Source: Candidatus Saccharimonadia bacterium
Lineage (GTDB): Bacteria > Patescibacteriota > Saccharimonadia > CAILAD01 > CAZGYV01
DNA length: 64,000 bases
Reading direction: 5' to 3'
NCBI GenBank assembly: GCA_041906885.1
Contig: JAYRII010000001.1
Location: 773-64,772, forward strand
The position numbers and the translations under genes were made by a program. This document shows positions 49,516 to 58,232 of the stretch, in pieces (within the stretch, counting starts at the first letter, position 1; the number at the start of each line of letters is the position of its first letter). Under the pieces are notes generated by a model that saw nothing but the letters and a program-made list of their open reading frames with translations, was not told the origin of the DNA and did no database searches.

Positions 49516-49890
49516 TTATTTTTCTACTAAATAAGGTTTTAGTTTTTCCACGACTTGGCTCGGTGTTAGATCTGTCTTGATAATATAATCTCGAGCGCCT
49601 AACTCCTTAGCTTCATTAACAGTCGATGGATTATATATATTTGTCAGTATAATTACTGGCAAATCAGGTATAATCGCTTGCTTATTAAGAGCCTTTAAAA
49701 CATCAATTCCTCCAACATTTGGCATCATCAAATCAAGCAAGATTAAGTCCGGCTTAAAAGTCTGTAATTTATCAAGAGCCATCGTGCCGTCAACCGCCTC
49801 TACGACAGTGAAGCCCGATTTAGCTAGCTTGAGTTGGTACATGTTGCGAATAAAATCATTATCCTCAACAAGTAAGACTGTTTTACTCAT
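49516..49890 (-). CDS. stand-alone response-regulator receiver (CheY-like) domain protein
   Basis: 124 aa with the conserved DD...D57...T...K receiver residues and no output domain. Confidence 0.85.
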   Translation of the reverse strand: MSKTVLLVEDNDFIRNMYQLKLAKSGFTVVEAVDGTMALDKLQTFKPDLILLDLMMPNVGGIDVLKALNKQAIIPDLPVIILTNIYNPSTVNEAKELGARDYIIKTDLTPSQVVEKLKPYLVEK

Positions 49891-49933
49891 TGCCTATACT
49901 ATATAAGCAACCCTCTACGACGTCAAATAAAAG

Positions 49934-50263
49934 CTATTTCTCTATATCACCAATTAGCCGATTCATATTATCAGCATACTCAGCAGAGGTATCAAAATAA
50001 AACTCAAGTTTGGGTGAAAATTTAGTAGTGCTGGTACTGGCAATACTGCGACTAAAATTTTTCCTCATATTAAGTACATCAGCCGTGGCTTTTTTAGCAC
50101 TTCGACCATAGACACTTAGCCAAATACTGGCGTGTTTTAGATCTGGGCTCATTTGTACCGCGGTAATTGTAATGGTGGTGCCAGGATAACAGATATCTTC
50201 ATGAATTATCTTGGCGATTGATTTATGAATGACCGATGCGACTTTGTCAATCCGAAGCGACAC
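49934..50263 (-). CDS. rbfA: ribosome-binding factor A
   Basis: KH-like RbfA core (...TITAVQMSPDLKHASIWLSVYG...). The GTG start at 50263 lies 1 nt after the infB stop; the track ORF 49934..50368 overlaps infB. Confidence 0.8.
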   Translation of the reverse strand: MSLRIDKVASVIHKSIAKIIHEDICYPGTTITITAVQMSPDLKHASIWLSVYGRSAKKATADVLNMRKNFSRSIASTSTTKFSPKLEFYFDTSAEYADNMNRLIGDIEK

Positions 50264-50264
50264 C

Positions 50265-52034
50265 TTAAAGTTTCCTGGCCTTTTTATTGAGTGTGTAAAA
50301 AATAAGTGAGTCACCAATTTTAATTTCATCACGAGTAGCGATCGATAAGCCACACTGCTCGCCTTCAATAACTTCAGTGGCCGATTGCTTTTCTTTTTGT
50401 AGGTTGGTTAACTTGCCGTTGCCAACCAGCTTTCCATCCCGCTCTATTTTAACTTCCAGATTAGGAGTGATTTTGCCGCTCTTAACCACGCCACCCGTGA
50501 CAATCTGTTGCTTTGTAACCTTAAAAATACCCAAAATTTCTAGATGAGCCTCTTCGGTCTCGATTATTTCCGGCTCAAGCAGGCTAGACAGCCAATCGCG
50601 CACATCATCGAGTAATTCATAAATGATTTTATACAAACGAAACTCAACGCCGGCTCGCTTAGCCAACTGATTAACCGCTGCTTTGATGCTAACATTAAAG
50701 CCGAGAATAAGTGCATTACCAGCAGCTGCTGAATTGATATCATTTTCGGATATATCGCCAATACCTGAAGAAATTATCTTAACTCGAACCTCGTCGTTGC
50801 CAATCGATTCTAGACTTTCGGTCAGAGACTCAAGCGAACCCTGGACATCAGCTTTTACTATCACGACAAGCTCTTTGACCTGGCCGTCAATCACTGCTCG
50901 CGCTATATCTTGTGCACTAATATTTTTGACACTGGTAAGACTTTTAAAGCTTTCTTTGCGTGATTGACGATCGCTCCATGCCTTAGCAATTTTTTCACTG
51001 GCCACGATTTCAAACCAATCTCCGAAGTTAGGTACAGACTTTAGTCCGGAAACGACTGCTGGCATACCTGGAGTAGCTTGCTTAATTTTATGACCACGAT
51101 AGTCCTCTAGGCTACGAATTTTACCAATCGCATTACCAGCTACGATATTGTCATTAATTTTGAGAGTACCTTTTTGGACCAAAACGGTCACAACCGGCCC
51201 ACGACCGATTTCTTTATGGGATTCAATGATCACACCACTGGCCAACCCCTCTGTCGCTGCCTTTGGCTCTAAGATGTCTGCCACCAAGAGAACAACATCA
51301 AGTAACTTATCAATGCCCTCTTTGCTTTTAGCAGACACCGGTACACAAGGCACATCGCCACCCCAATCATCTGGCACTAGACCCTGTTCGGATAATTCCT
51401 GCTTGACGCGGTTTTCATCGGCTTCTGGCTTGTCGATCTTATTGATTGCTACCACGATATTTACATTAGCAGCTTTAGCATGTGCAATGGCTTCTTTGGT
51501 TTGTGGCTTCACACCATCATCAGCCGCTATTACAATTACAGCAATATCAGTCATCTTAGCACCATGCGCCCGAATAGCACCAAAAGCCTCATGTCCGGGG
51601 GTGTCCAAAAAGGTAATTTTTCGATCATTCTTTGTCACTTGATAAGCACCGATGTGCTGAGTAATTCCGCCTGCTTCACCACCGGCCACATCGCTCTGGC
51701 GAATAGCATCAAGTAACGATGTCTTACCATGGTCAACATGCCCCATAACCGCCACAATTGGCGGACGAAGTTTCTCTTCGATGGTGCTGGCAGCTTCCCC
51801 TAAGCCACGGTTAGGCCTTTCTTCGATCTCCTTTGGTGCCGGTTCAATATTGTAGCCCAGTTCACTACCAATAATCACCGCTGTATCAAAATCAATCTGT
51901 TCGTTGACTGTTGCCATAACGCCATTCTTCATGAGCTCGCCAATCACCTTTGCGACACCAACGTCCAAAATTTGAGCAAAATCTCCAACCGAGATAACAT
52001 TGGCTATTTTGACTGTTTTACCTTCTTCTGTCAT
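50265..52034 (-). CDS. infB: translation initiation factor IF-2
   Basis: GTPase G1-G4 motifs (GHVDHGKTS, DTPGH, NKID) plus C-terminal beta-barrel domains. Confidence 0.95.
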   Translation of the reverse strand: MTEEGKTVKIANVISVGDFAQILDVGVAKVIGELMKNGVMATVNEQIDFDTAVIIGSELGYNIEPAPKEIEERPNRGLGEAASTIEEKLRPPIVAVMGHVDHGKTSLLDAIRQSDVAGGEAGGITQHIGAYQVTKNDRKITFLDTPGHEAFGAIRAHGAKMTDIAVIVIAADDGVKPQTKEAIAHAKAANVNIVVAINKIDKPEADENRVKQELSEQGLVPDDWGGDVPCVPVSAKSKEGIDKLLDVVLLVADILEPKAATEGLASGVIIESHKEIGRGPVVTVLVQKGTLKINDNIVAGNAIGKIRSLEDYRGHKIKQATPGMPAVVSGLKSVPNFGDWFEIVASEKIAKAWSDRQSRKESFKSLTSVKNISAQDIARAVIDGQVKELVVIVKADVQGSLESLTESLESIGNDEVRVKIISSGIGDISENDINSAAAGNALILGFNVSIKAAVNQLAKRAGVEFRLYKIIYELLDDVRDWLSSLLEPEIIETEEAHLEILGIFKVTKQQIVTGGVVKSGKITPNLEVKIERDGKLVGNGKLTNLQKEKQSATEVIEGEQCGLSIATRDEIKIGDSLIFYTLNKKARKL

Positions 52035-52255
52035 TTCACTACCCTTCTACTTTTTGTCCGCGGTTTAATATATTGATCTATCTTGACACTACAGCTACTG
52101 CGGCAGGAATATACACCCCGACCCGGCATAGTCTGTTTCTTGTCCAGGCGTAATTGATTTTCAACAATAACCCAGCGTTCCAACTCCCATTTAGGTAGTT
52201 TATTGCGACAGACTCGACAGCTTCGCTCTGGTGTATGGGCTGTCCGCGTCCGCAA
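52031..52255 (-). CDS. ylxR: YlxR/DUF448 family RNA-binding protein
   Basis: 74 aa with RSCRVCR...GRGVY motifs. Canonical position immediately upstream of infB, overlapping it by 4 nt. Confidence 0.8.
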   Translation of the reverse strand: MRTRTAHTPERSCRVCRNKLPKWELERWVIVENQLRLDKKQTMPGRGVYSCRSSCSVKIDQYIKPRTKSRRVVK

Positions 52256-52257
52256 GA

Positions 52258-53397
52258 CTACGACTCCTTTTCGGATTTTTCTTCGGTTTTTGCTTCTTCT
52301 TTGCCTTCAACGCTACTTGTCGACTTGGTATCATCTTTTTCTTTTAAGCTGAGGGACAACTTGTGCTGCGCTGAATCAATTGCGATAACTCTGAATTTCT
52401 TCGTTTCGCCAACTTTTACTAAATTCGACGGATCGGCTACATGCTCATCGGATAGCTCCGAGATATGGACCAATGCCTCAATAGTGGGTGTAACCTGAAC
52501 AAATGCACCAAATGGCGTAATTCGAGTAATTTTGCCATCAATCTTGTCGCCGACTTTGTAGCTTTTGATCTCTTTAGCCCATGGATCTTCAATCAGTTGC
52601 TTAATCGAGAGCGACAGCTTATCTTGATCAATCGCTATTACTAGGGCTTTAATTTCCTGACCAACTTTGACATATTTACTAGGATTGTCCACTCTATCCC
52701 AAGCTATTTCAGAGATGTGAACCAGACCCTCGATGCCATCGACGTTCACAAATATACCAAAATCAACTACGCCTGTGACTATACCGTCCACCTTATCACC
52801 AACTTTTAATCCGGCCAATTTACCCTCTGTAAACTCCCGTTGAGCTTCTTTCTCAGACACAATGAGCTTGTTTTCAAGACGATTAAGGTCCAAAATCCGA
52901 ACCATCAATGTGCGTCCAACCAAACTATTGAGCCGGTGTAGTATTTCGTCCTTATCAGCTCCAGTTACCCGCGGATAATTCTCTGCCGACAATTGAGAGA
53001 CTGGCAAAAATCCTCGAATGCCCTCGACCTCTATCAAGAGGCCACCTTTATTGGCGTCAAAGGGAACTATCCCAAAGACATCACCATTTTTGGACCGCTC
53101 TTCTAAAACTTCCCAGCCTTTTTCTTTGGCGACTTTTTTCAAGCTTAAAACGGCATAACCTTCCGGTGCTTCTGGCTCAAGCACCGATGCACTAACCACA
53201 TCACCAATCTGCAAGCCACCAGCTGAGTGCTCGATCTCCTTACCCACCACCAAGCCAGTACCAAATACGCCCAAATCAAGCCATATTTCATGCTTTTCAA
53301 CGGTTATTACATTACCTTCAACGACATCACCGACAGCCAGTCCATTGACTTGAGAATGAGCCAAAAGATCAGCCATAGAAATATCTTGCTTTGTCAT
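52258..53397 (-). CDS. rpsA: 30S ribosomal protein S1 (four S1 domains)
   Basis: Four repeats of the S1 OB-fold signature (...GD.V.G.V..V.DFG.FV.v.g.eGLVHISE...) and an acidic Lys/Glu-rich C-terminus. Confidence 0.85.
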   Translation of the reverse strand: MTKQDISMADLLAHSQVNGLAVGDVVEGNVITVEKHEIWLDLGVFGTGLVVGKEIEHSAGGLQIGDVVSASVLEPEAPEGYAVLSLKKVAKEKGWEVLEERSKNGDVFGIVPFDANKGGLLIEVEGIRGFLPVSQLSAENYPRVTGADKDEILHRLNSLVGRTLMVRILDLNRLENKLIVSEKEAQREFTEGKLAGLKVGDKVDGIVTGVVDFGIFVNVDGIEGLVHISEIAWDRVDNPSKYVKVGQEIKALVIAIDQDKLSLSIKQLIEDPWAKEIKSYKVGDKIDGKITRITPFGAFVQVTPTIEALVHISELSDEHVADPSNLVKVGETKKFRVIAIDSAQHKLSLSLKEKDDTKSTSSVEGKEEAKTEEKSEKES

Positions 53398-53598
53398 TTA
53401 AATTATTATCCCTTCTGCTGTGCTAAAAGTATTTCAAATCTCAAAAAATCTGAAGTAACTTTTGCTGTATTACTGCCATTCCAAATGGCTGCAACTTTAA
53501 AAGCATAACCAAACGAAATGGAGTTATAAAACTGGTAGTAATCATATCTTATTTATAGATATTTGTAAAGACTGCAGTATAGCCGATCAGTATGAAAT

Positions 53599-53988
53599 TT
53601 ATGCCTTTAAATAGCAGCCACGAAGGTCTGATTTGAGTTTTCTATTGTACTGATAGAGCACAACAATCGCAGCCAAAGGAATAATATATAAAGCCTCACC
53701 ACCAGTCTGCGGGACTTTCGAACCTGAAGTGCTGGTAGCAGGAGTATTCTGCGGCTGCGATACTGGCGTACTGGCGGGCTTAACTGTTGATGTGGGTTGA
53801 GTCGAAGGCACTGTGGTTGGTGTTACCGTTACCTTTGGTGTCGGCGCCGGACTACTAATTCTCTGTTGTGCCTTTTCTTTGTCTTCGATTTGCTTCTGGC
53901 GCTGATTATTGCCATAGGCAAAAGTGGCTATAATAACAGCAATTATCGACAAGGCGATCAGAATGTACCTTATAAGTGGATTTCTCAA
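53599..53988 (-). CDS. small surface protein with Pro/Thr-rich linker and LPXTG-like (VPQTGG) sortase sorting signal
   Basis: N-terminal signal/anchor helix, a PT-rich low-complexity region, then VPQTGG, a hydrophobic segment and a basic tail (NRKLK). Confidence 0.6.
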   Translation of the reverse strand: MRNPLIRYILIALSIIAVIIATFAYGNNQRQKQIEDKEKAQQRISSPAPTPKVTVTPTTVPSTQPTSTVKPASTPVSQPQNTPATSTSGSKVPQTGGEALYIIPLAAIVVLYQYNRKLKSDLRGCYLKA

Positions 53989-54269
53989 GACGATCTACCC
54001 CCTTGGTCTTTTAGTAAATAGCTGAATTTCATTGTAATTGGAAGCTTACCTAATCTGCAAGCATTAGCCTAATAATAAATCATTTGTATATTGACATTAT
54101 TATCTATACATGATAATATAGTATTTATATATATGATTAAAAGAGGGTGGCAGGCAAGAGCGAATTGCTTTGATCGTGGCTATTTAACCCCCTCTAAGGC
54201 AATTCACTCTTTTTTGTTTTTATAGTGATATAATGACTTTCAAACTACTTTTTACGATATAATACACTT

Positions 54270-55100
54270 ATGTTTATCGGTATTGACATAGGTGGATCAA
54301 AAGTACGAGTAGCCTCATCCAGAACTGGTCACAAAATCGACCATAGTGTTCGATTTGCCACACCAGCCAATCAACGTCGAGTGCTGCCGCTGATTATAAA
54401 AGCCGTCGAAAATATTCTTGGCAAAAGCGATATCGATGCTATCGGTGTAGCGTCTCCAGGACCAATTGATAAGGCTCGAGGAAAAATTCTTTCCCCTATC
54501 AATCTGACTTGGCACAATCTAGAGATCTGCAAATCACTTAAAAAACACTTTAGGTGCCCAACCATTCTCGAACATGATGCTACTTGTGGTGGAATTGCCG
54601 AGTCCAGGCTTGGTGCTGGCAAAAAGTATCATGCCGTCTTGTACGTGACAGTCTCAACCGGCATCGGCACCAGCTTGGTGATAGATGGTAAGCCGATTAA
54701 AAGCCGCCACAACTTAGAAGGTGGTAAGATCGTTATTGATCCATCTTATTTACACACTGAAGGCATATTAGGCACATTTGAAAATGTCGTCAGCGGACAG
54801 GCCATTAAACGTCGTTATGGCAAGATTGCGGCCGAGATTAGTAGCCCAGAAGATTGGTCGATCATCGCTCACGACCTAGCGATCGGCTTATTTAATCTAA
54901 TCGCCACCACCAGCCCTGATGTCGTGATTCTAGCTGGCGGAGTGGCAGTTCATTACAAAAAATTTATCAAACCACTCGAACGTGAACTGTCTCAGCTAAA
55001 ACCAATCTACCAATATCCAATCCCAAAGATATTAAAGGCCACTAACGTTGAAACGGCGCCAGTACTAGGTGCAATTATGCTAGCTAGCGATCAAGCATAA
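54270..55100 (+). CDS. ROK family sugar kinase (glucokinase-like)
   Basis: N-terminal ATPase motif IGIDIGGSK and the ROK fold. No HTH domain. Confidence 0.85.
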   Translation: MFIGIDIGGSKVRVASSRTGHKIDHSVRFATPANQRRVLPLIIKAVENILGKSDIDAIGVASPGPIDKARGKILSPINLTWHNLEICKSLKKHFRCPTILEHDATCGGIAESRLGAGKKYHAVLYVTVSTGIGTSLVIDGKPIKSRHNLEGGKIVIDPSYLHTEGILGTFENVVSGQAIKRRYGKIAAEISSPEDWSIIAHDLAIGLFNLIATTSPDVVILAGGVAVHYKKFIKPLERELSQLKPIYQYPIPKILKATNVETAPVLGAIMLASDQA

Positions 55101-55162
55101 ATAGACTTGGAAAGTAATCAAGATTAGATTATACTTATCCTATCACTGGAGGGTGGTACAAC

Positions 55163-55606
55163 TTGGATATTATTCGCTCATTTGACGAGCTAACTTTCTT
55201 GCCCAGCGGCTATTTTGCCTATGATGCCGCTTCAGAAACTATTAATTATGATCCCGATGAACTCAATCAAGCATTGGGTCGCTTATCGCTAGTGCACGAG
55301 ATCAGCCACGCAGTCCTCAACCACTTCAATTACAGCTATGACATTGAGCTACTCTTAATGGAAATCGAGGCCTGGTATAAAACACGTGAATTGTGCGAAA
55401 AAATTGGGCTAGAAGTTAATGAAGACTATATCACAGACTGTATCGAGAGCTATGACACTTGGCTTACGGCTCGCTCGACTTGTCCAAAATGTAGTAATTT
55501 TTGCTTCCAAGAAGCTCCGAACCAATTTCGATGCTTTCTGTGCGGCTGTCAGTGGAAGGTCAACGATCGTAAGGATTGTCGAGTTGTCCGTACTATTGTT
55601 AACTAA
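55163..55606 (+). CDS. ImmA/IrrE-like (DUF955) HExxH metallopeptidase fused to a C-terminal zinc ribbon
   Basis: HEISHAVLNH followed by a downstream E...EAWY, as in ImmA/IrrE. The C-terminus carries CPKC...CFLCGC. Confidence 0.5.
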   Translation: MDIIRSFDELTFLPSGYFAYDAASETINYDPDELNQALGRLSLVHEISHAVLNHFNYSYDIELLLMEIEAWYKTRELCEKIGLEVNEDYITDCIESYDTWLTARSTCPKCSNFCFQEAPNQFRCFLCGCQWKVNDRKDCRVVRTIVN

Positions 55607-55701
55607 TTACTCCTCAAGATATCCAAAAACTCCACCAGGGAGCTCTTGTCGATCTCTTCTAAATGGAGTTTTGGAGAAATATTTTAAAGTTTTTATTGGG
55701 T

Positions 55702-55893
55702 TTAAGCGGCTTTTTTACGGCTTGCCTTACCACCCTTGCGACCTGCTTCGCGAGCAAGCTCTGGGTTGGCGGCAAAACCACCACCGCGGCTTTTCTTGCC
55801 GCCGGCAGCACCAATCTTGACGTAGAATTCCTTGCCGTATCGTGCCTTGTTTGTGTTTGCGGCCTTACGGCCTCCTCGTACTGTTCCTGCCAT
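55702..55893 (-). CDS. KGG-repeat stress-induced protein (YciG/con-10-like)
   Basis: 63 aa, Gly/Lys/Ala-rich, with GGKKS..GG, GRKGG and PELAREAGRKGG motifs of the KGG family. Confidence 0.7.
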   Translation of the reverse strand: MAGTVRGGRKAANTNKARYGKEFYVKIGAAGGKKSRGGGFAANPELAREAGRKGGKASRKKAA

Positions 55894-56125
55894 AATAGAC
55901 TCCTTCCTTTTTAATAAAAGCGGAGTATAAACTTGTTGCCTTTAACCCTCCAATAGCCAAAGTTTATAACTCGGTATTGGTATTACGCTTATACTTTATC
56001 AGCTTATGCTTTTTTTGTCAATATTTTTCTTGTAGTTAGTTTCAACAACTAACCTGGTTAAATAATAAAGCTTATGTCTGAGAATAAGCTTAAAAAGTTA
56101 TGCTTATTGTTATAAAATCAATTAT

Positions 56126-56383
56126 TTGGGCTATAATATGACCATGACCGCTCGGCAGCGTACTCGTAAAATATTCATTACTATAGTTGGCTTTACCGTC
56201 CTATTAATTGGTGTGGCACTTTTAGTGCTACCTGGACCTGGTATTCCACTATTAATTGTCGGCTTAGGACTTCTAGCGGCTGAGTACGAATGGGCCCAGC
56301 GACACCTCGATCGCGCTAATCACCACTACAATAAGCATAAGCAACGAATATTAGATAGCTATAACGACCGGAAGAAACGCTAA
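56126..56383 (+). CDS. PGPGW-family small transmembrane protein
   Basis: LPGPGIPLLIVGLGLLAAEYEW signature plus two TM helices. Confidence 0.75.
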   Translation: MGYNMTMTARQRTRKIFITIVGFTVLLIGVALLVLPGPGIPLLIVGLGLLAAEYEWAQRHLDRANHHYNKHKQRILDSYNDRKKR

Positions 56384-56414
56384 AAACAAAAGCCTTCTAT
56401 GCTTGCTCTGAAGC

Positions 56415-56921
56415 TTATTCAGCGTTTTCCAGATTATCTGCTCCACTCTCAGGCTCTACAAGGCCAATCGAGCGTTTGAATTCTTCAAATTCTACCCTGC
56501 GCTGATCATTCAAAGCTTGTTTAACATCAAGACCACGATTAATGACCTGGCAAGCCGTTTCTAGATATTCTGCCCTAGCTATGAAGCAATCGGTACGCAG
56601 CTTTTGAAGTTCATCTGTCGAAATACCTAAATCAAATTCGTTGGCCAAGTTGCTTGCAAGGCTGTCAATCGATCTATATTGAGAGTACGTATATTCTTCT
56701 GGCCAATTATCCATAAATCTCTCTATTGATGCGACATTGGCTCTCACACTAGATGAATCCCGCGAATCTAAAGCACTTTCAAGCCGCCCTAAAACCCTTT
56801 TGATGCTTTTTATACTGTTTCCCGTAGATTTGATCCTCTGCTCTTCCCTGAGACACCCATGAGCACTACTACAGTCCTTTGGCAACTCCACATTCTTTGC
56901 TCGTGCTTCCTGCAATGCCAC
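56415..56921 (-). CDS. hypothetical acidic protein (168 aa; GTG start as given by the track)
   Basis: No recognisable family. It may be the C-terminal part of a gene split by a frameshift from 56987..57337. Confidence 0.4.
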   Translation of the reverse strand: MALQEARAKNVELPKDCSSAHGCLREEQRIKSTGNSIKSIKRVLGRLESALDSRDSSSVRANVASIERFMDNWPEEYTYSQYRSIDSLASNLANEFDLGISTDELQKLRTDCFIARAEYLETACQVINRGLDVKQALNDQRRVEFEEFKRSIGLVEPESGADNLENAE

Positions 56922-56986
56922 CGCCCAGTTCCGAATTATTTCCTGAACGTGCTGTTCTTTCTGTATTTCCCTAGTACGATCTACTA

Positions 56987-57337
56987 TTACTGAACCGGCA
57001 CCTTGCCTCTCCGCGTAGCCTTATGAAATCGTAAGCCTTCAACTTTGTCTTGCGATTGCCTATAGGCTAGTGGCAATTCCGTGGCAGCACCAGCATCTAT
57101 AGCGTGATGTTTTTTATAATCATAATAGTCTCTTAGCTCTTCTGCCGGCCTATACGACAGGTTGCCTTCTTCGTCGCGCGGCACTACCAGCTCGCGATCA
57201 TCGATCGGGGTCGTATGGTTCACTGCGTCGCCTTGACTCGGCACATCATTATCACTTAATGGTTGCAAATCCGGTGTTTGTGGCTGAAATTGCTCTGGTG
57301 ACGCGTGACTTTGACTATCTTGATGTTCTTCGGGCAT
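56987..57337 (-). CDS. hypothetical acidic, Pro/Gln-rich protein (116 aa)
   Basis: Disordered acidic N-terminus. No recognisable family. Confidence 0.4.
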   Translation of the reverse strand: MPEEHQDSQSHASPEQFQPQTPDLQPLSDNDVPSQGDAVNHTTPIDDRELVVPRDEEGNLSYRPAEELRDYYDYKKHHAIDAGAATELPLAYRQSQDKVEGLRFHKATRRGKVPVQ

Positions 57338-57699
57338 TTTATATTTCCTTATCGCTTACGTTTATATCATTTTCTAATAAGAGCAAAAAAAAAAGCAAAT
57401 GTGGAGGGCTAAAAATGCAAAAATCTACTTACTTTTACTTAAGTAACCATATATTAATTCTTACTACCTTTTCACGCAAAAGGTAGCACCAAAAGCATGA
57501 GCCTCTATTTCGCAAACAAGTGGGTCTTATGAACTGTTATTTCACTACCAGACGAGAACTCACTCGCCTTCGGCTCACTCAAGCAGCTCGCCTGGGTTAG
57601 CTCTAAACGAGCTAACCGTTCATAACAAATCCATAATCCCGGCTTGTTGCTCCAGGCTCGAGAAAATCCTTACCCCCCTGCGCCACCAGAAAAACAGAA

Positions 57700-57790
57700 A
57701 GCTAAAGTATGATTTTGGGTGATGAAGAAATACAGCTTTGTACGATAGTGAGTCTGTATTTCCACCTCAAAATCATACTTTGGCGGCTCT
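57700..57790. repeat. long nested inverted repeat (18-nt outer arms AAAGTATGATTTTGGGTG / CACCTCAAAATCATACTTT; 9-nt inner arms)
   Basis: A near-perfect ~85-nt stem-loop read directly from the sequence, in the noncoding gap between the acidic-protein genes and the rRNA operon end. Confidence 0.4.
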
Positions 57791-57834
57791 AGTTTTGAAC
57801 CCTAGACGCGAGAAGTCTTTTGCTACTTTTGGAT

Positions 57835-58085
57835 TATTCAATAGTAGAGATAAAGAAGAGATCCTGAATCAAGTTCAGGATGACGGGGGGTAAGAGGTCC
57901 TTCGACTACGCTCAGGCTGACGAGGGGTATGGGAATAGATCCTTCGACTGTCGCTTGAGGATGACAGTTGGTATGTTGTCATTCTGATCCGGCGGTTGCC
58001 GGAGAAGAATCTAGTTCAAGACGACAGAGAGAAGGTGGTTCAGAATGACGACGGGGGCGAGAGGCTCTTCGACTGCGCTCAGGGT
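57835..58085. repeat. REP-like palindromic repeat cluster (same family as 6365..6490), four or more units
   Basis: Repeated ...GATCCTTCGACTNCGCTCAGGNTGAC... and ...GTCATTCTGA...GAAGAATCTAG... units. Confidence 0.5.
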
Positions 58086-58092
58086 GACAAGG

Positions 58093-58127
58093 AAACTAAA
58101 AAAGACCCCTACATGAGGAGTCTTTTT
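58093..58127 (-). terminator. intrinsic terminator of the rRNA operon (after 5S)
   Basis: On the minus strand, a GC-containing hairpin (AAAGACTCCTCATGTAGGGGTCTTT) is followed by TTTTTAG. Confidence 0.5.
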
Positions 58128-58130
58128 CAT

Positions 58131-58232
58131 TAATCCGGCACTGTGCTACTTTCCCGGGGTTACCAGTATCATCGCCGCTGGCAAGCTTAACTGCTGTGTT
58201 CGGCATGGGAACAGGTGTTGCCTTGCCGCCAA
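58131..58232 (-). rRNA. rrf: 5S ribosomal RNA
   Basis: The reverse complement reads UGGCGGCAAGGCAACACCUGUUCCCAUGCCGAACACAG.AGUUAAGC...GGUAACCCCGGGAAAGUAGCACAGUGCCGG, matching the universal 5S helix I/loop A/helix IV pattern. Confidence 0.8.

Noticed and set aside
52258-53397. NusA call for the gene upstream of ylxR (the expected operon partner)
   Set aside because: The protein consists of four S1-type OB-fold repeats with no KH-domain signatures, so it was called ribosomal protein S1 instead.
310-55914. Numerous short antisense or alternative-frame ORFs (60-150 aa) nested inside annotated genes (for example 310..510, 2118..2495, 4485..4700, 9829..10143, 15877..16290, 35831..36034, 41155..41475, 51148..51642, 55663..55914)
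   Set aside because: They are fully embedded in longer ORFs with strong homology on the other frame or strand, and their translations are low-complexity (Ser/Pro/Ala/Leu-rich), as expected for shadow ORFs.
57340-58095. Searched for tmRNA, RNase P RNA and SRP RNA in the structured noncoding block, and for SRP RNA upstream of dnaX (15285..15425)
   Set aside because: The conserved cores (tmRNA 5' GGGG...UCGACGGG and the T-arm/ACCA end; RNase P AGGAAAGUCCGGGC; SRP domain IV) are absent. Only generic hairpins were found.
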